The notes under the pieces were generated by a model. That model was not told where the DNA came from. It worked only from the letters and a program-made list of their open reading frames with translations, and ran no database searches. DNA of 57,812 bases from a virus, in IMG/VR virus record IMGVR_UViG_3300028964_000004, one strand, 5' to 3'. The first letter of the stretch is position 1; each line of letters opens with the position of its first letter. Made by a program: the position numbers and the translations under genes. Of the stretch, positions 26,137 through 34,136 are shown in pieces.

Positions 26137-26154
26137 TTTACTAAGTTTTAATGG

Positions 26155-26547
26155 TTACTTATTCTCAAAAACATGCGCAAACACACACTTTTCATCAGAC
26201 AGCTCCAAGCCGAGTTGCGACGGATACCGCTTGATATAATTATAGAACTCAAACATCTTCTTGTCATCATCACCGCAGCGATCTATTAACAGCTTAATGA
26301 AGGCAAGAAGACAATCGGAGTCATTTCCGAAGTTTTCCTGTGTGGATAATTGCGTTTTGTCAACATCAAGTTTCAATTTACGAATTGCTGCTATCGCAGT
26401 GTTGAAGTTGCGTTTTGCATCATGACGCAATTCATAGCCTTGTTTTCCCATTTCACTCCTCAAATCGTAGAGAAGCGTTTCCACGACGTCAGTCAACACG
26501 TAGGTTAGGTTGAGCGTCGTATTAAGATTTGTTGTTCCTACTAACAT
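26155..26547 (-). CDS. Hypothetical protein, 130 aa
   Basis: ORF track. Confidence 0.65.
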   Translation of the reverse strand: MLVGTTNLNTTLNLTYVLTDVVETLLYDLRSEMGKQGYELRHDAKRNFNTAIAAIRKLKLDVDKTQLSTQENFGNDSDCLLAFIKLLIDRCGDDDKKMFEFYNYIKRYPSQLGLELSDEKCVFAHVFENK

Positions 26548-26550
26548 GAT

Positions 26551-26736
26551 TTATTTATTTCTTAAGCTTATAAAGCCTCGTTTAACCAACTCTATCAGAT
26601 CCGACATATTTTCTTCACTTATTTCTGCCTGAGTCTCACCATTTACAGATATATAGTGAGGAATGCCAAATCGATCACAGATTCTCTTACGGATAACAGG
26701 AGTAGACTTGTTCTCCCAGTAGATAGTTACTTTCAT
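26551..26736 (-). CDS. Hypothetical protein, 61 aa
   Basis: ORF track, ATGA overlap with the upstream gene. Confidence 0.5.
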   Translation of the reverse strand: MKVTIYWENKSTPVIRKRICDRFGIPHYISVNGETQAEISEENMSDLIELVKRGFISLRNK

Positions 26737-27425
26737 GAGGACATTAGCATTTTTCTGGCTTTTTCATCTCCGGATTCCGCCCGGCGTTTCAACTCTTGAT
26801 ATTCAGCATAAGAGATCCTGTTATTCCCACGTTCTTCTATCTCTTTCTCACGCTGCATTCTGTATTCTTCCCTTTCTTTACGCTCAATATCCTTTCTTCG
26901 TTCGGATATGTAGTCTAACATCGCACTTGTTATTTTCATGGGGTCTATTGCTCCGTAAAATCTTCCATACTTGCCAGCCTTGAATCGTGCAATAAAAAAG
27001 CAAATCTCAGCGGTATTGATGTAGTAATACTCCGAAAGAAATATCTCCGATAGTTCAGAGAGTTGTTCTTTTGCTATCTTAGTCGATACCTCCGCAAAGT
27101 CGTTCAGTGAACCAAACTGTATCTTTAGCCATTCTATCGGGGTTTCATCTCCGTAAGTGGAAGACAATAACCCTAAGCTTGGAATACTGTCATTCAATGC
27201 CAGTTCTGAATGAGTTGCATTACATCTGACAAGTTTGAATTGCAAATCAGGGTTGTAATCAAGAATAAATTGTGCAGGATCAGGATATTTATTCAATAAC
27301 GCCTTCTGCTTCAAGTTCCTTTCTCTTTTTTGCGGCAGCTTCTCTGACGGTTGTAGCGACTGCAAGAACTGAATCACGTTTTCGCTGCTCGCTATCCTGT
27401 TGATTTTTACTAAGTCTTGTCCCAT
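26733..27425 (-). CDS. Hypothetical replication-module protein, 230 aa
   Basis: ORF track. The only in-frame ATG gives a 137-nt overlap with the upstream gene. Confidence 0.6.
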   Translation of the reverse strand: MGQDLVKINRIASSENVIQFLQSLQPSEKLPQKRERNLKQKALLNKYPDPAQFILDYNPDLQFKLVRCNATHSELALNDSIPSLGLLSSTYGDETPIEWLKIQFGSLNDFAEVSTKIAKEQLSELSEIFLSEYYYINTAEICFFIARFKAGKYGRFYGAIDPMKITSAMLDYISERRKDIERKEREEYRMQREKEIEERGNNRISYAEYQELKRRAESGDEKARKMLMSS

Positions 27426-28071
27426 TATAGTTTCCTTCCAATATTTTTATGAAATTTGTCGGTTTAAATATCCAATCAAAATCACATCTCCAATTTTGGT
27501 TATTGCGTCCTAGAAGAAATGCAGACTGGGCCACGTTGTTGAAAACATCAATAATGGATGTTTTCCCGTGTTCGGAAGCCCTTGCTTTTACAGATTTCTT
27601 CCTCTTATCCGTCATAGATGATATTCTAGGGAGTTTGTTTTCAAACATCCTATTGAATGTATTCATAAGAGCATTATAATCTATCGTTTCATGATGCTCG
27701 TCTGAATGTGCTACATCCCCTTGGGGGATTATAGGGGGGATATATTCATTTACATTCTTATTCTTATTATCATTATAATTAGGTTTTGGCTTGGTTTCTT
27801 CTTGGTTATCGTTTGGTTTTGGCTTGGTTTCTTCTTGGTTATCGTTTTTTGGTCTTCCACCCTTACATCCATTGTCAAAACGTTTGTTATTGACATCAAT
27901 TTGAGGTTTTATCAAAGTGAAGATACTACGAGCGACCGGCTTTAGATTCTCAGCTTCATTACCATATAGGCTATACTCCATTATAGCCGTGTAAATCTCA
28001 CCCTGAATATCTCTCGGCAGATCCTTTATTGCTTCATAGAAACTTCTATAAAAAATAAAACTATCTCTCAT
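27289..28071 (-). CDS. Replisome organizer / replication initiator-like protein
   Basis: The N-terminus is MRDSFIFYRSFYEAIKDLPRDIQGEIYTAIMEYSLYG. The C-terminus ...NQNWRCDFDWIFKPTNFIKILEGNY resembles the conserved phage C-terminus (Phg_2220_C-like). There is an internal 11-aa tandem duplication. Confidence 0.6.
   Translation of the reverse strand: MRDSFIFYRSFYEAIKDLPRDIQGEIYTAIMEYSLYGNEAENLKPVARSIFTLIKPQIDVNNKRFDNGCKGGRPKNDNQEETKPKPNDNQEETKPKPNYNDNKNKNVNEYIPPIIPQGDVAHSDEHHETIDYNALMNTFNRMFENKLPRISSMTDKRKKSVKARASEHGKTSIIDVFNNVAQSAFLLGRNNQNWRCDFDWIFKPTNFIKILEGNYNGTRLSKNQQDSEQRKRDSVLAVATTVREAAAKKRKELEAEGVIE
27782..27847. repeat. Perfect 33-bp tandem direct repeat (2 copies) inside the replisome organizer gene
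   Basis: ggttttggcttggtttcttcttggttatcgttt occurs at 27782..27814 and again at 27815..27847. Confidence 0.9.
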
Positions 28072-28600
28072 TGCATTTCCTCCATTCCAAAAATTCGTCT
28101 AAAGTTTTATCATGCTTCTGCGCATTGCATCTTCTGCATGAAGTAACCAAATTAGAAATATTATCACTTCCGCCTCTTGATACAGGCAATAAATGGTCTA
28201 TCTCCATTTTACAATCAGACCGTCCGCAATAGAAACAAGTATAATTATCCCTTTTAAAGACAATTTCACTAATTTTCTTCCACTCTCCCCAGTCTTGTAC
28301 ATCGAATCTATCTGAACGCCTTATACCTAGAATATTTCTTGGTATTAACTTTAGATATTTGCTATCTAATATTTCGACTAATCCATTATCTGATAATTCT
28401 TGTATGACTTTCTCATGAATAATTTTTCCGTACCTGTGCAAATTAGCTCCCTTTTTTACAAAATCTAATGTATAGTTAGACTTGTTGTCATTATCAGATG
28501 AATACCATAGAAATATTAAAATTAGTCTTGCATCCCTTGTTATACGCCCTATTTTTGTATCTTCCCAAAATTCTGGCTTAATGGTTCGTATACGTGCCAT
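28061..28600 (-). CDS. HNH endonuclease domain protein
   Basis: Contains CFYCGRSDCKMEIDHLLPVSRGGSDNISNLVTSCRRCNAQKHDK. Confidence 0.8.
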   Translation of the reverse strand: MARIRTIKPEFWEDTKIGRITRDARLILIFLWYSSDNDNKSNYTLDFVKKGANLHRYGKIIHEKVIQELSDNGLVEILDSKYLKLIPRNILGIRRSDRFDVQDWGEWKKISEIVFKRDNYTCFYCGRSDCKMEIDHLLPVSRGGSDNISNLVTSCRRCNAQKHDKTLDEFLEWRKCNER

Positions 28601-28719
28601 ACAAACATTTTATTAGGTAATACATATACATCATCAACTTTAAGGACATTTCGGGATATGTTCTATCTCCGTGACCTTTTTTTTAATTAATTTCATATTG
28701 CCATTATTAAAATATTAGA

Positions 28720-28983
28720 TTATTCGCGATCTACTTCTCTCAAAACATCAATTAGCAGAGCAATTGTACCGACATTATCTCTGAATATATCGTCATTACC
28801 ATCATTATGGTTTAGAGAATAATCAATAAGGAGATCGGTCAAAGAGACTATCAAGTCTCCCGGACTAATCGTTTGAGATAAGAAGTCTTCAAGAGGATTA
28901 AGATTGATGCACGTTTCGTGTGCAGACGTGAGTCCACAATTTACTATATTTCGATTGTCTCTCAAATTCAAGTTCTTTGGCAT
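28720..28983 (-). CDS. Hypothetical protein, 87 aa
   Basis: ORF track. Confidence 0.5.
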   Translation of the reverse strand: MPKNLNLRDNRNIVNCGLTSAHETCINLNPLEDFLSQTISPGDLIVSLTDLLIDYSLNHNDGNDDIFRDNVGTIALLIDVLREVDRE

Positions 28984-29228
28984 TGTAGTTGAATTTCGAG
29001 TTATATATACAAAGAAAGCTGTCCGCTTCCCTGTTTCTCGCCAAAGAACACTATTATCCGCAAAGATACATAGCCTACAAGGGAATGCGAACAGCTTATA
29101 TTATTAGATATAAATCTGTCTTATGGATATAAAAAATCCATGTATCTAAGCAATAAAAATATTCTTTGGCGAAGAACACTGCAAATATACACTCAATTTT
29201 CTAAAATACCAAACTGAAAATATTTCTT

Positions 29229-29630
29229 TTATGATAAATAGTTATTTACTTCATTCATAAATTCCTCTATTGATCGACATACAACATATTTATTTCCAAC
29301 ACTTTCGACCTCTTTTTGCCATTTTTTTTGAGATTCAGACTGCCTTCCCACTTTTGTTTTCATCTCAATACATAAAGTGCTATATTTTTTATTGCTTTTC
29401 AAGAGAATCAAGTCAGATACTCCCGGAGTGGCCCCTTCCTCTTTCAATTTAGCTCCTGTAAGTTCATCTCTTCTTCCTCCGTTTGGAACAGCAAATAGCA
29501 AATTTTTTAATTCAGGATATTGCATTCTGAACCATCTAACGCAAAACTTTTGAAGTTTATGCTCTTCGTCCCGAAATACTCTTTTAGGTTTTTCTGAGTT
29601 AAATTGGGTTTTCATTTCTTCATAAGTCAT
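29229..29630 (-). CDS. VRR-NUC domain nuclease
   Basis: The pattern LQKFCVRWFR..., PGVSDLILL..., LCIEMKTKVGRQSESQKKW is typical of VRR-NUC (D...E.K). Confidence 0.7.
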   Translation of the reverse strand: MTYEEMKTQFNSEKPKRVFRDEEHKLQKFCVRWFRMQYPELKNLLFAVPNGGRRDELTGAKLKEEGATPGVSDLILLKSNKKYSTLCIEMKTKVGRQSESQKKWQKEVESVGNKYVVCRSIEEFMNEVNNYLS

Positions 29631-29643
29631 CCGGGTATCCTCC

Positions 29644-30357
29644 TTAATCCGTTTTTTGTTTCAGAATATCATTATTTTCTATCAGAAGAGCCCCACATCC
29701 CAAATACCATGTTCGCGCATCCGGATCTGATTCAGCAAGATCAATGACAGCATTTAAATACAGCCTTACATCAAACATTGCTTTTTGTTTAATCTCTGCC
29801 TGTGTCTCGCGTACCCTTTGTCTTCCTTCATTCACTTCACACTCTTTCAGAACACTTTTTTTTGCATATGACATTTCATCAATAATTCCCTTGTCTCTGA
29901 CATTATTATTATCTTTTGAAGAATCTGTAGAATACGGGTATACATCCATAACCATTGTTTCAGCTATAGAAACTATTTGATAATCTCCCAATGTTCCTTT
30001 CATTTCTTCATCCAACTTTTTTACAGCGTCTCTTAAATCTGAAGCTTGAACCAAAATATGCGTAGATGTTCTTCTCTCCGCTCCACTTTTTTCATCTATA
30101 GCTATAAACACTATCTTACATTTATACCATCTGTCCGCAGCTTCCTCATTGCTCGGGAAAAGTTCCGAATACGGCACCCTTTTAATATCCGACACTACAA
30201 ATTCTCCGGTCATAAAAGGTTGCACTTCTTCTATAATTCTCGCTTCAGCTTCTGTAAAGCTCAAAGCATCTACAATATATAATTCCGTGACTTTCTTTTC
30301 TTTACCATTTTCCATTATTTTTTGATAACGGATCTTACATTCAAACCAGGTTCCCAT
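29644..30357 (-). CDS. Hypothetical protein, 237 aa (N-terminal DUF4494-like by recollection)
   Basis: Contains WFECKIRYQKIMENGKEKKVTELYIVDALSFTEAEARIIEE. Confidence 0.55.
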   Translation of the reverse strand: MGTWFECKIRYQKIMENGKEKKVTELYIVDALSFTEAEARIIEEVQPFMTGEFVVSDIKRVPYSELFPSNEEAADRWYKCKIVFIAIDEKSGAERRTSTHILVQASDLRDAVKKLDEEMKGTLGDYQIVSIAETMVMDVYPYSTDSSKDNNNVRDKGIIDEMSYAKKSVLKECEVNEGRQRVRETQAEIKQKAMFDVRLYLNAVIDLAESDPDARTWYLGCGALLIENNDILKQKTD

Positions 30358-30375
30358 TTTATTCCTTTATTTTCT

Positions 30376-30984
30376 TTACTTATTTATAAACTCCAAAGGA
30401 TAAATAAACGCTCTTCCTTCTATTTCACATAAGAGAAGTTCCCTGATAACCCTTGGATCAATTCTGTTAACTTCAACCAGTTTAGCTCTTTTACCCTTTA
30501 GCCATATTCCATATAACTTCCTTACTGTTATATAAGGATTTTGAAGTTCAAACAAGAAAGCATATATCGAAAGTTGCCAACTCAGATATTTTAAGTCCAA
30601 TTCAGAAGTAGTTTTAATATCTCCAAGATCTACTTTATTTTTACCTGATTTAAAGACCTTATCTATTGGGCTAGCAAAATATTCATTATCTGTCACAATA
30701 TACTCACACTCGGCAATGTTAAGATCATAAAACTCTTTTAGTTTAAGATAAGATTTCCCTTCTTCTGTTTTAGGTTCTACTCCTTTATCAGCAAGTTCAC
30801 AATCCCGGTGTATATATTTTCCTATCTCCGCGGCTCTTTGTAGTATATATTCCGGTATATTTTTGTATTTTCCTGCAAATATATGCTTTGATAAAATCCT
30901 AGTTATACCGCTCAACTCTTTCCCTTTAAGAAAATATTTATGATATTCTTCATCAAACTTGACTTCCGACTTTCTTAATTTCAT
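30376..30984 (-). CDS. PD-(D/E)XK (RecB/Cas4-like) nuclease
   Basis: Contains GKYIHRDCE..., ASPIDKV... and VDLGDIKTTSEL...YLSWQLSIYAFL. Confidence 0.6.
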   Translation of the reverse strand: MKLRKSEVKFDEEYHKYFLKGKELSGITRILSKHIFAGKYKNIPEYILQRAAEIGKYIHRDCELADKGVEPKTEEGKSYLKLKEFYDLNIAECEYIVTDNEYFASPIDKVFKSGKNKVDLGDIKTTSELDLKYLSWQLSIYAFLFELQNPYITVRKLYGIWLKGKRAKLVEVNRIDPRVIRELLLCEIEGRAFIYPLEFINK

Positions 30985-31171
30985 TTTTAAGTTCCTTCAT
31001 TTTAATAGATACTTTTTCTAAAAACCAAGAGCTCCCATGCATTTCTGAATGAGAGTTAAAGAGAGCTGTTACTTCCTGCTCCGTTTTGCACTCCTTCAAA
31101 GCCTTGAAAACACTAATATTTGTATTTATTTCCATAATGAATCTTATAGTCATTAACTCCTTGAACTTCAT
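30953..31171 (-). CDS. Hypothetical protein, 72 aa
   Basis: ORF track. Confidence 0.45.
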   Translation of the reverse strand: MKFKELMTIRFIMEINTNISVFKALKECKTEQEVTALFNSHSEMHGSSWFLEKVSIKMKELKNEIKKVGSQV

Positions 31172-31511
31172 TTTTTGTAGCCTTGTTCAGCTCCTTTTGA
31201 AAGATAATCCAGTGTAAATCTTCCAATGCCTCTTCTGGTGTATAAAACCTTTCCTCCTGAGGAATACTGGAACATGGGAACATCTCAATTCCCACTTCTG
31301 TCGCTTCTTCTCCACACCATCCATAAAAGACCCCTTTCCTTAAACTCCCTTCTAGCTTTTCGTACATTTTACTCTTGATGAACAAACTTGTTTTAATCAA
31401 TCTTTTCCCCATCCTCCTAAACATTTCATAGGCTTCTTTAAAGTTATTGGAATAATATACCTTTTTTGAATTATCATTCAACCTTACCTTTATTGCATAT
31501 AACATGATCAT
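31113..31511 (-). CDS. Hypothetical protein, 132 aa
   Basis: ORF track. Confidence 0.6.
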   Translation of the reverse strand: MIMLYAIKVRLNDNSKKVYYSNNFKEAYEMFRRMGKRLIKTSLFIKSKMYEKLEGSLRKGVFYGWCGEEATEVGIEMFPCSSIPQEERFYTPEEALEDLHWIIFQKELNKATKNEVQGVNDYKIHYGNKYKY

Positions 31512-31668
31512 ATCGTTTTTTTAGTTTTTTAATCTTTTGTTTCATCCTCCTGGAAACATTCCTTTCAGTAGAAGTCACAGGGGAATATTTCTCTATTGCA
31601 TACATTCCCTGTTCCAGCAAACGTATGATTGAAATTATTTCTGTTCTTGATATTTCCATATTTATCAT
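31474..31668 (-). CDS. Hypothetical protein, 64 aa
   Basis: ORF track. Confidence 0.5.
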   Translation of the reverse strand: MINMEISRTEIISIIRLLEQGMYAIEKYSPVTSTERNVSRRMKQKIKKLKKRYDHVICNKGKVE

Positions 31669-31873
31669 CCCTCTTTTATAAAAATTTGCCCGCTATATCT
31701 TCACAGACATCGCGGGCAGGCTAACAAAGTAGTTTCTGGATAGACGATCAAGTCACACCAGAATATACAAAAATATAAATCATACTCTGGGGCATTCCCC
31801 GACAGCGTCCTTTACACCGGCATTATGTTATAGTTAAAACAAAATGAATTATATATACATTTTTATTTACCCA

Positions 31874-32248
31874 TCAAAAAGGAAGATCATCTTTTTCATC
31901 AGTACTTTCCATTGGAGCATCTACAATTGCAGCACTGTTATTGCTATCAAATACAAACGGTTTCATATCTCCTAAAAATGGCTTCTTATCCAGAACGTCC
32001 TTACTGGTAGATTCTCGAAACTCCGTTGAAAATGATTGCTTCACATAATGTGTCTTTCCATATCGACTTACTTCCCTACGCTCAAATATTGATAACCTAA
32101 GATAAGCTGCTTTAGCTTTTAGATCTTCATTCATATTGATATAAATATCATTTTCTTGGATAGGGATAACTAAACATTTTTTCCCTTTAATAGTTGCAAT
32201 ACCTGCCAGTTCTAATTTAAGCAGGTCAATACTTCCTTGTAAATTCAT
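31874..32248 (-). CDS. Single-stranded DNA-binding protein (phage type) with an acidic C-terminal tip
   Basis: The C-terminus ...STDEKDDLPF resembles the SSB DDD(I/L)PF tail. It sits in the replication module. Confidence 0.55.
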   Translation of the reverse strand: MNLQGSIDLLKLELAGIATIKGKKCLVIPIQENDIYINMNEDLKAKAAYLRLSIFERREVSRYGKTHYVKQSFSTEFRESTSKDVLDKKPFLGDMKPFVFDSNNSAAIVDAPMESTDEKDDLPF

Positions 32249-32260
32249 AATTGTATAATT

Positions 32261-32578
32261 TTAAGCGAAATAATATATTTTGTTATTACCAGTACCAAGT
32301 TTTTTAACCCGTACTGTAGCTATAAATGGAAAATCTTCTTTGGAAATTTTACTAAGTGCCTCTTTTATCGGAGAAGAGTTAGTAAAGAATTTATATTCAG
32401 CTCCTTCATGCTTAATCTTGACTACGCAACGATTATCTCCATGTTGAGTTTTAACTCCAGATTCATAGTCAATTACCTCTATCTCACAGTTGAGTATATC
32501 GGTTATTGATATTTGCTGTACAGGGAAAATATTACGTCCCGCGTCAATGTCAATTCCAAAATCAGAAAACCTTTTCAT
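32261..32578 (-). CDS. Hypothetical beta-rich protein, 105 aa, overlapping the RT gene 3' end by 17 nt
   Basis: ORF track. It is not Avd-like, since it lacks a basic four-helix pattern. Confidence 0.6.
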   Translation of the reverse strand: MKRFSDFGIDIDAGRNIFPVQQISITDILNCEIEVIDYESGVKTQHGDNRCVVKIKHEGAEYKFFTNSSPIKEALSKISKEDFPFIATVRVKKLGTGNNKIYYFA

Positions 32579-33548
32579 TTTTGATTATAGTTTTAATTAA
32601 ATGCTTTGAATTACAATGTTTTGCCCATCCCATCCATGAACAAAGTGCTATCTTACAGTCGCAGGATGTAGTTTTCTTTTTGTTCAACACTGCTACTTTT
32701 CTACAGAAGTTTTTCTTGATACTTTTCCGCATTAAAATATGAGTGTGAAAGAAAACATAGCCAACAAAGTCAATTCCTCTATTATCAACCGGGAATATTT
32801 GATAATTGTCTTTCAAATCTAAATGAAGCTTATTATTCAGATATGTTTTTATATCTCCAAACAGGGAATGAAGTTTTTCTTTGTTTGATGAAAGTATTAC
32901 CAAATCATCAGCATATCTATAATAATACTTTATACGCCTTTCCTCTTTAAGCCAATGATCAAAGTAAGATAGATACAAGTTTGCAAAGAACTGCGAAAGA
33001 TAATTACCAATAGGTATTCCCGGAGCAGAATCAATAATACCGTCGAGTAACTCAAGAAGACGTTTGTCTTTAATCTTCTTTCGAACAATATTCTTAAGTA
33101 TCAAATGATCTATTGACGAATAGTATTTACGAATGTCCATTTTCAGGCAATATTTTGTATTTTGGATATCTTTCAAATCTTTCTTTAGATGTTTCATTAC
33201 TCCATGGATACCTCTGCCCTTAATACACGAATAAGTATGTGAAATAAATATTGGAGTCCATATATCTTCGAGGATATTCATTATCGCATGATGAACAACG
33301 CGATCACGGAAAGGGAGCCGGTATATTTCACGTTCCTTAGGATCATGTATGATAAAAGTTTGATACTCAGAAGTAACGTATTTATCTTCTGACAGTTCCT
33401 TATGAAGAGCATTTATGTTGTCATCCAATTCTTTCTCAAACTGAATGACCCCATAAGTATTCCCTTTGCCTTTTCTCGCTTTGGAATATGCTAGATAAAG
33501 ATTATCTAGACTACATATACGTGAATATAAATTCCCAAATCGTTTCAT
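32562..33548 (-). CDS. DGR-type reverse transcriptase
   Basis: Contains YRYADDLVILS (YxDD) and IGNYLSQFFANLYL (a DGR-RT signature). It is 328 aa and lies 108 nt downstream of the TR. Confidence 0.9.
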   Translation of the reverse strand: MKRFGNLYSRICSLDNLYLAYSKARKGKGNTYGVIQFEKELDDNINALHKELSEDKYVTSEYQTFIIHDPKEREIYRLPFRDRVVHHAIMNILEDIWTPIFISHTYSCIKGRGIHGVMKHLKKDLKDIQNTKYCLKMDIRKYYSSIDHLILKNIVRKKIKDKRLLELLDGIIDSAPGIPIGNYLSQFFANLYLSYFDHWLKEERRIKYYYRYADDLVILSSNKEKLHSLFGDIKTYLNNKLHLDLKDNYQIFPVDNRGIDFVGYVFFHTHILMRKSIKKNFCRKVAVLNKKKTTSCDCKIALCSWMGWAKHCNSKHLIKTIIKNEKVF

Positions 33549-33656
33549 AAGCCTTTGTTTCTAATAAGAGTCTTCGGATAAGCCCTACCAACACCGTTTG
33601 AATTGTTATTTTCCACCAAGAGGTGAGGTCCCTGCCCATTGGATTATTGTAACATA

Positions 33657-33724
33657 GGTGAGACCTGCTACCTGCATTCGCATTATCGTAATTCGAATCG
33701 TTGAAAGCGAAAGAGGAAGGAGAC
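33657..33724 (-). repeat. DGR template repeat (TR), 68 nt
   Basis: It aligns without gaps to both VRs, and every mismatch is at a TR adenine (coding strand). It reads SPSSFAFNDSNYDNANAGSRSHL in the VR frame and is AAY-codon rich. Confidence 0.9.
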
Positions 33725-33745
33725 AAGGGCAGGCAACCTTTAATC

Positions 33746-34120
33746 CTATGCTATCTGGATATCTTTCCAAATATCAATAAATTGCTTTGCTGCATATTCT
33801 GCAAGCTCGCATGTCCGAAATTTAAGGCGAGACCCGCTACCCGCATGCGCATAAGCGTAATCCGAAGCGTCGAAAGCGAAAGAGGAAGGAGACATTTCAA
33901 ACCAAGGATAATACTTATATTCATTATGATTATCCCAATCAGGAATCCATTCCTCGTTAAGGGCTTCTGCAATTACAATCATCTTATACTGTGCCTCAAA
34001 ATGTTTACGCATGTCAGTGGGAAGATTGGAAAAGTCAGGAACATCCGGTCTACCGGTCAACTTACGGGCATCATCAAAAGTTTTGACTAAATCTGTAATC
34101 TTTTTATTTTCTTTTTTCAT
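33746..34120 (-). CDS. DGR target protein 1, 124 aa (VR covers residues 77-99)
   Basis: ORF track. It contains VR1 and is a paralog of target 2, sharing (ALNE.W.PD...Y.(Y/W)YPWF...SPSSFAF...AGSGSRL...EL.EY..KQFID.WK). Confidence 0.85.
   Translation of the reverse strand: MKKENKKITDLVKTFDDARKLTGRPDVPDFSNLPTDMRKHFEAQYKMIVIAEALNEEWIPDWDNHNEYKYYPWFEMSPSSFAFDASDYAYAHAGSGSRLKFRTCELAEYAAKQFIDIWKDIQIA
33826..33893 (-). repeat. DGR variable repeat VR1
   Basis: 9 mismatches to the TR, all at TR adenines (TR positions 33659, 33666, 33673, 33678, 33684, 33686, 33693, 33698, 33702). Confidence 0.9.
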
Positions 34121-34136
34121 GATAATAAATATTTAA

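Noticed and set aside
27782-27847. The tandem repeat as a CRISPR array or minisatellite
   Set aside because: There are only two contiguous copies, no spacers, and the repeat lies in frame inside a gene. No CRISPR-like repeat-spacer structure was seen anywhere in the window.
32562-33548. The RT as a retron or group II intron reverse transcriptase
   Set aside because: An adjacent TR with two A-mismatched VRs and the IGNYLSQ motif fit a DGR. I saw no msr/msd-like inverted repeats, no intron RNA domains and no maturase/En domain.
33511-33726. 71-aa ORF (MSPSSFAFNDSNYDNANAGSRSHL...) between DGR target 1 and the RT
   Set aside because: It is the template repeat read in the VR frame, followed by the TR-RT spacer. 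After the repeat it has no protein-like continuation. It is best interpreted as the non-coding TR RNA, not as an Avd or a third target.
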